This document shows, piece after piece, positions 57,138 through 64,000 of a stretch of 64,000 bases of DNA. A program made the position numbers and the translations under genes. Each line of letters opens with the position of its first letter. Position 1 is the stretch's first letter. Under the pieces are notes generated by a model, which worked only from the letters and a program-made list of their open reading frames with translations, did no database searches and was not told the origin of the DNA. The stretch is from a virus. Location: positions 25,201 through 89,200 of IMG/VR virus record IMGVR_UViG_3300030106_006724; one strand, 5' to 3'.

Positions 57138-57539
57138 ATGAAAAATAAATTTGAATTAATAGATTACTTTATGATATTTGCTATAGCATTCTTTATACTT
57201 ATAGGTACTATGAGTACTATGGCTCAATCGTATACTGTTACTAAATGTGAAATGCATGATCATTATGTAATTAGTTTTATAGATGAGTTTAATGATAGAT
57301 GGTACGTAGATGGAGAAGAGGTTATTAGTTATGGTAAATTAGATCTAACTAAAAAAGAATATGTCCAGCTCATTAAAGATATTAAAAAAACATTTAAACA
57401 ATCAGAGAAAGAATTAGATAGAGCTAACTATGCTGTTATTAAATACGGTTGGGTTAGAGATAGTGTTTGGGTGTATTGGGATAATAAGGCATTTAGCGTA
57501 ACTAAAGAAGATATAGAATACTTAAATAGTAAACTATAA
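57138..57539 (+). CDS. Secreted hypothetical protein
   Basis: Signal peptide ending TMA-Q. Confidence 0.65.
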   Translation: MKNKFELIDYFMIFAIAFFILIGTMSTMAQSYTVTKCEMHDHYVISFIDEFNDRWYVDGEEVISYGKLDLTKKEYVQLIKDIKKTFKQSEKELDRANYAVIKYGWVRDSVWVYWDNKAFSVTKEDIEYLNSKL

Positions 57540-57543
57540 AATA

Positions 57544-57690
57544 TACCCAGTAGAGCAGTAGGTAGCTCGCTTTGGCTTAACCTGGCGCGGAGAAGTAACT
57601 TGTACGTAAAAGTGAAACTCGTAATACAATCGATCGTGAAAAGCAAAAGGGTCAAAGAGGTCGCAGGTTCGAGTCCTGCCTGGGCAGCAA
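57544..57690 (+). ncRNA. tRNA-like RNA with a 78-nt structured insert replacing the anticodon loop
   Basis: Acceptor TACCCAG/CTGGGCA, D-arm GAGC-AGTAGGTA-GCTC, stem CTTTG/CAAAG, variable loop AGGTC, T-arm GCAGG-TTCGAGT-CCTGC. Confidence 0.8.
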
Positions 57691-57705
57691 AATAAACTTT
57701 AAACT

Positions 57706-57736
57706 AGTTGGAGAATAGAAATATTTTTCTTATATT
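57706..57736 (+). promoter_or_regulatory. Early/middle promoter AGTTG-N20-TATATT
   Basis: Exact motif. Confidence 0.75.
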
Positions 57737-57767
57737 AAAGGAATAAACGGTTATAAAAATTAAGGTT

Positions 57768-57926
57768 ATGAATAGTGAATTAATAGATTTTCTTTTAGAT
57801 AAAAAAAGTAAAGGTTTACCTATGAATGTAGGACAGGCTATGTCTGAGTTAAATATGTGGAGAGAAGGTAAAGTTGAATCTGTAGCTAATACTTTCAGAA
57901 TCGAATGGGAAAAAAATAATAAATAA
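57768..57926 (+). CDS. Hypothetical protein, 52 aa (not in ORF track)
   Basis: AAGGTTATG start after promoter. Confidence 0.6.
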   Translation: MNSELIDFLLDKKSKGLPMNVGQAMSELNMWREGKVESVANTFRIEWEKNNK

Positions 57927-58253
57927 ATGGCAGCAGAGAAAAGAGGCTTTACTGGTAAATTAGATTATGACTTTCCTACTCATGGAGTATGTGAAGTACA
58001 GATGAGAAACGATTTATGGTATAGAGTAACTGAAAGGGACTTTAGATCGTTTGATGGTCCTAGAAGAATAACTCTTCCTGATTATACTAAGCATAAAAAT
58101 GTAGAGGTTCCTATGACTACATACGAGTATAATGGTCCTGTTTATATGTGGGGTACTAATACTGAAGTATTCCATCCTAAAGGAACTAGAAAGTTATTAG
58201 AGTCTGATGAAAGAATCAAAGAGAGAGAAGAGTTAAATAGACAAAGAGCATGA
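57927..58253 (+). CDS. Hypothetical protein
   Basis: WYRVTERDFRSFDGPRRI; ORF in operon. Confidence 0.7.
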   Translation: MAAEKRGFTGKLDYDFPTHGVCEVQMRNDLWYRVTERDFRSFDGPRRITLPDYTKHKNVEVPMTTYEYNGPVYMWGTNTEVFHPKGTRKLLESDERIKEREELNRQRA

Positions 58254-58468
58254 TAAAATATCCAGACATAGTAGCGGTATATAAATTATCTAAAAGAGCT
58301 AATGCTAAAAAGTATATGAAGATCTTTAAAAATACTCTTATAGATAAGATTATAGATAATAGATCTAGAGCAATACCTAAAGGAGCTACAATAGTAGACT
58401 TAGGAGTAGGAAAAGGATTTAAAAAGCTTTGGAAAGCTAAACATAAGATTTATACTTTAACTAAGTGA
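58250..58468 (+). CDS. Hypothetical basic protein
   Basis: ORF in operon. Confidence 0.6.
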   Translation: MIKYPDIVAVYKLSKRANAKKYMKIFKNTLIDKIIDNRSRAIPKGATIVDLGVGKGFKKLWKAKHKIYTLTK

Positions 58469-58572
58469 GAAAAGTATATATATGGTTAAGAGTATTTTTT
58501 ATAAGGATACCAAAAGAAATAAAGTACAAATTATTAGAGATGTACGATATGGAATATTTTAAACGATAAGTT

Positions 58573-58725
58573 ATGCATTCATTCAAAGTAGAGTATTGGT
58601 ATAGGTTTAATGGAGATGATATGGACTTTAGAGTTATACAAGTAGAAGCAGAAGATGAAACTACTGCTTTAAAGATAGCTAAGATAAGAGCCGAAAGAGG
58701 TGCAAAGAATTTTAAAGTATTATAA
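58573..58725 (+). CDS. Hypothetical protein, 50 aa (not in ORF track)
   Basis: MHSFKVEYWYR...VEAEDETTALKIAK; AAGTTATG start. Confidence 0.55.
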   Translation: MHSFKVEYWYRFNGDDMDFRVIQVEAEDETTALKIAKIRAERGAKNFKVL

Positions 58726-58761
58726 GATTTTGTTTTTGTTTTATATTTTTAATTATTAATT

Positions 58762-58956
58762 ATGAAGAAGCAAACTTTAGAGCAGAGGCTCGAAGGGTGG
58801 GGCTTTGACATGCCAAGGTTGAGGGAGAGCGAGGGGGCGATTTCCTCCTCTCTCGACCGAAGGTCGCCACGCGCATTTTCGACTACCGTCTCAAATGATC
58901 CTCCTAACTACTGCCATTATAGTGGTTTAAGGACTGTAAGGAGTTATATGGAATAA
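58762..58956 (+). CDS. Hypothetical protein overlapping a GC-rich motif
   Basis: ORF track; C-terminal CHYSGL. Confidence 0.45.
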   Translation: MKKQTLEQRLEGWGFDMPRLRESEGAISSSLDRRSPRAFSTTVSNDPPNYCHYSGLRTVRSYME

Positions 58957-59289
58957 ATAAAGGCTGAGGTATAGTAGACTTTGGTTAATACTCTATATCG
59001 TTTGATATAAGATCTAATGAGAGAGAACCTCTTAGATATATTAGATAAAGGAATATAAACTATACTTACCATAAAGCCTATTATAAACGATAAGTGTATA
59101 TATTCATATATAGATATACACATATAAAGCTATAAAGATATATAATGTTATATAGAATAAACCGGTATGATCGTATAGAAAACAGAAGGATTATATCAGG
59201 GGCGTGTACCTCCCTACCCTTTTTTCTCTCTATATAGTCGATATCGATAGATCGAATCGATGTCCAGGCCGGAAAAAAACTTAAGAAAT

Positions 59290-59320
59290 AGTTGGATATA
59301 TGAGATATTTTTACTATATT
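59290..59320 (+). promoter_or_regulatory. Early/middle promoter AGTTG-N20-TATATT
   Basis: Exact motif. Confidence 0.75.
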
Positions 59321-59341
59321 TAAGTATTAAAAGGTTATATT

Positions 59342-59542
59342 ATGAAAGAATTCTTTAATAAAGGCCTATGGTATCTTATAATAGTATCAGTCCTTATAGC
59401 CGGAGTTAGTCTATTAGTACTATTGATAGATCTATTAGTGTACGGCCTATATATGGTCTTAATGTATCCTCTACATACTATTATTATCTCAGGTATATTA
59501 TTTACAACCGGCCTATTATATTTTCTATATACGGAAAAGTAA
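59342..59542 (+). CDS. Small two-TM membrane protein
   Basis: Follows promoter; hydrophobic. Confidence 0.5.
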   Translation: MKEFFNKGLWYLIIVSVLIAGVSLLVLLIDLLVYGLYMVLMYPLHTIIISGILFTTGLLYFLYTEK

Positions 59543-59795
59543 ATGCCTATTATGGTCACCCTTATGGCCGTCTGACATCACCTTGATATAACACTGACAG
59601 TATAGTTCCCTTATACGTACGTTACTATATTGCTTTGCCCAAACCTATCCGTATATTTCTTACGATTTTTAGTGATATAGGTATATATATTTATATATTT
59701 ATATATAATAATATATTTAATCTACCCTTATTGTATTATCTATCGTAGTACTTATTGTGCTATCTATGGTAATATTGATGACTCTGATGTTAAAC

Positions 59796-59951
59796 TTAGA
59801 AGAATCTCCAAGTTAACTTAACTATACCTAAGAAAATATTAAGTTCAGTCCAGTCTTCATCTTCGAATCCTTCTACTCTATCGCCTTTAGGAAAGTAAGT
59901 AATACCTATTAGGAATCCATCTCCTAATCCAGTAATTCTAAAATCGTTCAT
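59796..59951 (-). CDS. Hypothetical protein, 51 aa; the only credible minus-strand gene (not in ORF track)
   Basis: MNDFRITGLGDGFLIGITYFPK...LGIVKLTWRFF; own promoter and AAGGTTATG start. Confidence 0.7.
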   Translation of the reverse strand: MNDFRITGLGDGFLIGITYFPKGDRVEGFEDEDWTELNIFLGIVKLTWRFF

Positions 59952-59976
59952 AACCTTTATTTTAATTTATACCTTT

Positions 59977-60007
59977 AATATAAGAACTTTTTTGGTAATA
60001 TCCTACT
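59977..60007 (-). promoter_or_regulatory. Early/middle promoter AGTAG-N20-TATATT (minus strand)
   Basis: Motif variant with exact spacing upstream of 59951. Confidence 0.65.
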
Positions 60008-60070
60008 AGATCCGGGGATTTTTTTCGGAAAAATTTTTCCATATATGGGGTTTTCTTCTATTTATAGGAA

Positions 60071-60514
60071 ATGAAACCTATAGATCCTAATCAATTATTT
60101 AATCTTTTCGAAGTAGGCGATGAAGAAGTCTATGAAGAGAACGGAGTTAAGGATGTTCTACAGAATCCTTACGTTTTAATGGGTATGGTTGTAAGAGGAT
60201 TAGAAAATTACAAGCTTTTAGATAAATTATACTTGAGAAACCACAAAAAACACTACGAAAACGTTAGACATGACGTAAGATTCAAGTATTTTTCTAAAAT
60301 CTTCGGTTATCTTGAAAGAATTAACCCTAATAAATTTGAAAGTAAGTATATAATTACAGAAAACTACGATGTAGTTAAGGTAAATGTTGTTCTAAACGAG
60401 TTTCTTCGATATTTTGAGGGTATAGAGCATTACGAAAAGTGTGCAGTCATTAAAAAGTACATAGATCTTATATATTCCGACCCTAAAGTTACGCTACCAG
60501 AGAACTTAACTTAA
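60071..60514 (+). CDS. Hypothetical protein with C-terminal UVR-like motif
   Basis: FEGIEHYEKCAVIKK; TATTTAT at 60059. Confidence 0.7.
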   Translation: MKPIDPNQLFNLFEVGDEEVYEENGVKDVLQNPYVLMGMVVRGLENYKLLDKLYLRNHKKHYENVRHDVRFKYFSKIFGYLERINPNKFESKYIITENYDVVKVNVVLNEFLRYFEGIEHYEKCAVIKKYIDLIYSDPKVTLPENLT

Positions 60515-60611
60515 AATTATATGATATTCTTTAAAGTCATCTTTATGTTGGCTGTCTTTTGGTTCATTATGAACAGATGGTTCAAATATTTAGATAAATA
60601 AAAGGGGAGAT

Positions 60612-60642
60612 AGTTGGAATTCTGCTAAATTCTTCTTATATT
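60612..60642 (+). promoter_or_regulatory. Early/middle promoter AGTTG-N20-TATATT
   Basis: Exact motif. Confidence 0.75.
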
Positions 60643-60665
60643 ATGGTATATTTAAAAACGGTTAT

Positions 60666-60986
60666 ATGAATTATCAAGAAAAAGTCAATCAATCTAAGAG
60701 AATTATTAGAGAAATAGAATCTTTAGAGCCCGGAGAGGAGTTCGAAGTTACCTATGGAGTAGATAGAGATGGTAAACCCAGAGTATTTACAATAAAGGCA
60801 TATAATGGCTTTAAAGATGAGATAGATTATACTATAAGAGAAGGAAATGGATATTTAGGTGGTAGTATGAATATAGAAAAAGTAACTAATACTCAATTGA
60901 AAGGGTATACGTTTGATATGATGGCTAATAAGACTACTTATAACTTTCCATTATACTTGTTAAAGATAAGAAACGTACATAATTAA
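60666..60986 (+). CDS. Hypothetical protein
   Basis: Follows promoter; AACGGTTATATG start. Confidence 0.7.
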   Translation: MNYQEKVNQSKRIIREIESLEPGEEFEVTYGVDRDGKPRVFTIKAYNGFKDEIDYTIREGNGYLGGSMNIEKVTNTQLKGYTFDMMANKTTYNFPLYLLKIRNVHN

Positions 60987-61004
60987 TATAGTCTAACCAA
61001 AGTC

Positions 61005-61271
61005 ATGATAGTACCTCAGCACATTCAATCTCAGCTCTCTGATTTTATATCCCATAAATTTAAAGATATAGACATAGATAGATACTCTATGGACTCTTCA
61101 GACTGGAATCTTACCGTTACGGGCAAATACTCTTTTATTATGAGTGTAAGGAAAGGCCGTCCTATAGATGTAATGGTATCGGAGATAGCTAACCAAAAGC
61201 ATACCGAAGAGGCCTTCTATAATAGAGCTGCTTTAGAATATGAATTAAACGATAATATAAAGTATGAATAA
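61005..61271 (+). CDS. Hypothetical protein
   Basis: ORF in operon. Confidence 0.6.
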   Translation: MIVPQHIQSQLSDFISHKFKDIDIDRYSMDSSDWNLTVTGKYSFIMSVRKGRPIDVMVSEIANQKHTEEAFYNRAALEYELNDNIKYE

Positions 61272-61890
61272 ACTAATAGAAAAAATTTCGTGGCAACTTT
61301 GCGCGTTTTGCGCGGCGGGCGCGACGCTTTTTATGAGTTGTACCCCCGATGACCTCCCTTCCTCCCCTTGTATAGATGGAGATTGTAATGCAGAGATGGT
61401 TTTACCGGGTTATTTAGATGATAACGGATATTACCATATTGATTTAGATTTTGACGGAGACTATCTTCCTTGGTTTCAAGTAGATGTTTATGCAGATAAA
61501 GTATTACCTCAATACGAATATAATGGAGTTCAACCAGTTGAGGCTAGATTCGATAGTGATACTCATTGGACTATTGGAGATTCTCTAATGGTAACCGTAA
61601 ACAACTATAATCCTTTCCAAGGACCTTACGATTATAACGGTAATTTACTGCCTAATTCTTCATACGATATCATTCTAAACCAGTTTGCAGGTACAAAAGT
61701 TAATATAGTTCAAGGAACTACTATATACTTTTCCGATGATCATGAACGTTTAAGATCCAAAAGAGTAGTTGGACCTATTCCTCCTATGGCTCAAAACGAT
61801 ACTATTACCCTTTATATGGAGGTTTATTGGGAAGGAGTTGGTAATTCCGTAGTAAAAGATCATTATTTTGAAAAATTTATTGTAGAATAG
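61264..61890 (+). CDS. Lipoprotein
   Basis: LFMS-C-TPDD lipobox; GDSL and NDTI sequons. Confidence 0.7.
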   Translation: MNKLIEKISWQLCAFCAAGATLFMSCTPDDLPSSPCIDGDCNAEMVLPGYLDDNGYYHIDLDFDGDYLPWFQVDVYADKVLPQYEYNGVQPVEARFDSDTHWTIGDSLMVTVNNYNPFQGPYDYNGNLLPNSSYDIILNQFAGTKVNIVQGTTIYFSDDHERLRSKRVVGPIPPMAQNDTITLYMEVYWEGVGNSVVKDHYFEKFIVE

Positions 61891-61919
61891 TTGATCTTTT
61901 GAAAAAAAATCATTATCTT
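61889..61919 (+). promoter_or_regulatory. Early/middle promoter AGTTG-N20-TATCTT
   Basis: Motif variant with exact spacing. Confidence 0.65.
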
Positions 61920-62010
61920 AATTATATATTAAGAATTAAATATAAATAAATACTTAATTATAGTAATAATATAAGAATAATTTAATAATTAAACAAATAA
62001 TTAATCTAAT

Positions 62011-62745
62011 ATGTCATTGAAAGCGGAGAAAATCCATTCGAATTATGAGAAACATCTTAAAATTATAGATACTTATTTAGGTACTCGTAAAGAATCTTGT
62101 AAAAAACTTATAGAACACTTAGGCGAAGCCTATATTATGGCACCTGCTAGCGGTAAATCTTGGCATCACAATGCTTTTGCCGGAGGTTATGTAGACCATG
62201 TTAATAGAGTAGTTGAATTTGCTATTAAACAAATGAGATTATTTGAGGATATGGGCGGTACTATAGATTTTACAGAAGAAGAATTAGTTTTTGCTGCTTT
62301 ATTTCATGATCTCGGTAAGATAGGTGATGGAGATAAGGAAAACTATATACCTCAGACCGATAAATGGAGGCAAGATAAGCTACACGAAATGTATACTTAT
62401 AATCCAGACCTTGGATTTATGCTTATCCCAGACAGATCGTTATTTATATTACAAAAATTCGGTATCAAAGTATCTAAAAACGAGTTCCTAGGTATCAGAC
62501 TACACGATGGAGTGTTCGATAAAGCTAATGAAGCATATTTCTTTAGTAATGTACCTTCATCCAGAATGAAAACTAACATAGTATTCGTACTACATACAGC
62601 TGATTTCTTAGCTTCTAAGGTAGAATACGATAAATGGCTAGCAGAAGGTGGAAATACTGCTCCAAAAGCAAAAAAAACTAAGTCCTCTACGGGAAAACGA
62701 GTAAATTCCTCTCAAGGACTAAAGAATATGTTAAATAAACTATAA
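62011..62745 (+). CDS. HD-domain phosphohydrolase
   Basis: APAS...HH..GGYVDH, ALFHDLGKIG, IRLHDG, LHTAD. Confidence 0.88.
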   Translation: MSLKAEKIHSNYEKHLKIIDTYLGTRKESCKKLIEHLGEAYIMAPASGKSWHHNAFAGGYVDHVNRVVEFAIKQMRLFEDMGGTIDFTEEELVFAALFHDLGKIGDGDKENYIPQTDKWRQDKLHEMYTYNPDLGFMLIPDRSLFILQKFGIKVSKNEFLGIRLHDGVFDKANEAYFFSNVPSSRMKTNIVFVLHTADFLASKVEYDKWLAEGGNTAPKAKKTKSSTGKRVNSSQGLKNMLNKL

Positions 62746-63056
62746 TGAACGTAACTTTATACATAATAATCGGTATTTTAGTTGCCATTTCGGGAACTTT
62801 AGTGTATATTATTAGAAACCTTATGGTAAAAGTGGAGAAATACGAAGATGTTACAGTAGATCAAACACAATATCTTCAAAATATTTCCAATATCATAGGG
62901 GAGTCTAACAAACACTTACAGAATCTCGACGAAAAGGGGGTCTTTCAATCAGATGATGAAGTTGGTGAATTTTTTAACCAAATGAAAGCAGTACAGGACG
63001 AATTGAATAGGTACATGCTCCCAGAGAACTATGGCAAGGAAGAGAGCGAAAGCTAA
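62745..63056 (+). CDS. Membrane-anchored hypothetical protein
   Basis: N-terminal TM; LDEKGVFQSDDEVG. Confidence 0.7.
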   Translation: MNVTLYIIIGILVAISGTLVYIIRNLMVKVEKYEDVTVDQTQYLQNISNIIGESNKHLQNLDEKGVFQSDDEVGEFFNQMKAVQDELNRYMLPENYGKEESES

Positions 63057-63735
63057 TTACTTTACAAAAGAGACAGAAGAGTACATCGTAAGGTTTAATG
63101 AATCAGAAGACCAAACTTATAGAAGTAAGATCTTTACCGAACACATCTATTACCCATTTTATAAACTAGCAGAAAACATAATTCATACTTTTAAGTTCTA
63201 TTATACAGATGTAGATAAGATAGAAGACTTAAAACATGAAATAGTATCAGTATTATACGAAGAAAAAATTATGAAATTTGATCCTACTAATGGAGCAAAA
63301 GCATATTCTTACTTTGGTACTATTGTCAAGAGGTGGTTAATAAACTATAACAATAAGAACTATAAGAAGTTAAAACAGATAGGTCAGTTTGCCGATATGG
63401 AGGATTCTTATAAACAAGCCTATGATGTAGATCACAGCTATGCTAAGTCATTAAGCGATTTTATAGACACCTGGGTTGATGAAACTTATTTAATAATAGA
63501 TGAACTTTTCGTAAAAGAACAAGATAAAAGAATAGCTGATGCTGTTCTTACTATTTTTAAGACTAGACACGATTTAGATATATTTAAAAAGAAAGCTCTT
63601 TATATTTACATTAGAGAAATGACTGATTGCGATACTCCTAACTTAACTAAGGTTATAAACGTATTAAAAGCTAGGTTTAGAGAAAAGTATCAAAAAAGCT
63701 ATGAATTAGGATTATTATCTAATAATTCACAATAA
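63031..63735 (+). CDS. Phage sigma-factor-like protein (T4 gp55-like, putative late sigma)
   Basis: NYF, FYKLAENI, KFDPTNGAKAYSYFGTI match the gp55/sigma region 2 pattern. Confidence 0.6.
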   Translation: MARKRAKANYFTKETEEYIVRFNESEDQTYRSKIFTEHIYYPFYKLAENIIHTFKFYYTDVDKIEDLKHEIVSVLYEEKIMKFDPTNGAKAYSYFGTIVKRWLINYNNKNYKKLKQIGQFADMEDSYKQAYDVDHSYAKSLSDFIDTWVDETYLIIDELFVKEQDKRIADAVLTIFKTRHDLDIFKKKALYIYIREMTDCDTPNLTKVINVLKARFREKYQKSYELGLLSNNSQ

Positions 63736-63756
63736 CTCTATTTATTATAAAACATT

Positions 63757-64000
63757 ATGAGTTTAGATAAAGAAATATTTAAGGGAAAAACCTTATCTGA
63801 CCTCTTTAGTGAAATATACGATAATTCTAAAGAAACTAAATCACAAGTTAAAGGTCTCATAGCAGAACTTAAACCTCTTATAGAGAATATAGGAGATGCT
63901 ACTCTGCTTGTTCCTATGATAAAAGAGTATATGGAGATAGGTGTAAAAAACGATGAACACCTAATTAAACTTGCCACAGTAATACAGAGGTTAGAAATAG
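63757..64000 (+). CDS. Hypothetical protein, truncated by the window end
   Basis: MSLDKEIFKGKTLSDLFSEIY...; open to the end; TATTTAT at 63739. Confidence 0.7.
   Translation, partial: MSLDKEIFKGKTLSDLFSEIYDNSKETKSQVKGLIAELKPLIENIGDATLLVPMIKEYMEIGVKNDEHLIKLATVIQRLEI

Noticed and set aside
57544-57690. Calling the tRNA-like element a normal tRNA, tmRNA or group I intron-containing tRNA
   Set aside because: No assignable 7-nt anticodon loop, full D-arm present, no evident tag frame, and the insert is too short for a group I core.
6311-63977. Minus-strand ORFs in the track (e.g. 6311, 10002, 11187, 13547, 16657, 16915, 17703, 18878, 19113, 21965, 23744, 37858, 45050, 46041, 47524, 47718, 57428, 59335, 62397, 63738)
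   Set aside because: Antisense shadows of well-supported + strand genes or RNAs, with no motifs or promoters.
1-64000. Stop-codon reassignment
   Set aside because: Conserved proteins are full length under code 11, and TAG, TGA and TAA all end genes at sensible positions.
1-64000. Bacterial chromosome or prophage origin
   Set aside because: Housekeeping genes are isolated among phage-type ORFs with repeated phage promoters; no rRNA, integrase or host operons seen.

Overview
AT-rich, gene-dense fragment of a large lytic dsDNA phage, almost entirely + strand and in the standard genetic code. The host is most likely Bacteroidota (Flavobacteriia-like): Bacteroidota-type TTG/TAnnTT promoters, almost no Shine-Dalgarno sites, Hc1-like and bS21 genes, lipoprotein export signals and D-S/T-hydrophobic sequons. 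In order: a 7-deazaguanine DNA-modification and replication block (FolE2, TGT-fold DpdA-like, PurN-like formyltransferase, kinase, MazG-like, QueF, family A polymerase); MetK; Hsp20-GroES-GroEL-Hc1; Apt and an MTA/SAH nucleosidase; an envelope-protein operon; a DUF2589 pair next to a probable lysis cassette; a ~15 kb glycan-biosynthesis cluster; many small promoter-driven genes; flavodoxin and a reductase; bS21; a gene-poor region near 59-60 kb; an HD hydrolase; and a gp55-like sigma factor. The most unusual items are (1) a circularly permuted ATP-grasp-like protein fused to three tandem Hint domains separated by only 2-4 residues, (2) a tRNA scaffold whose anticodon loop is replaced by a 78-nt structured arm, and (3) a shared C-terminal K-[TS]-L-I tag on unrelated modifying enzymes. 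All calls come from motif recognition by eye; no searches were run.
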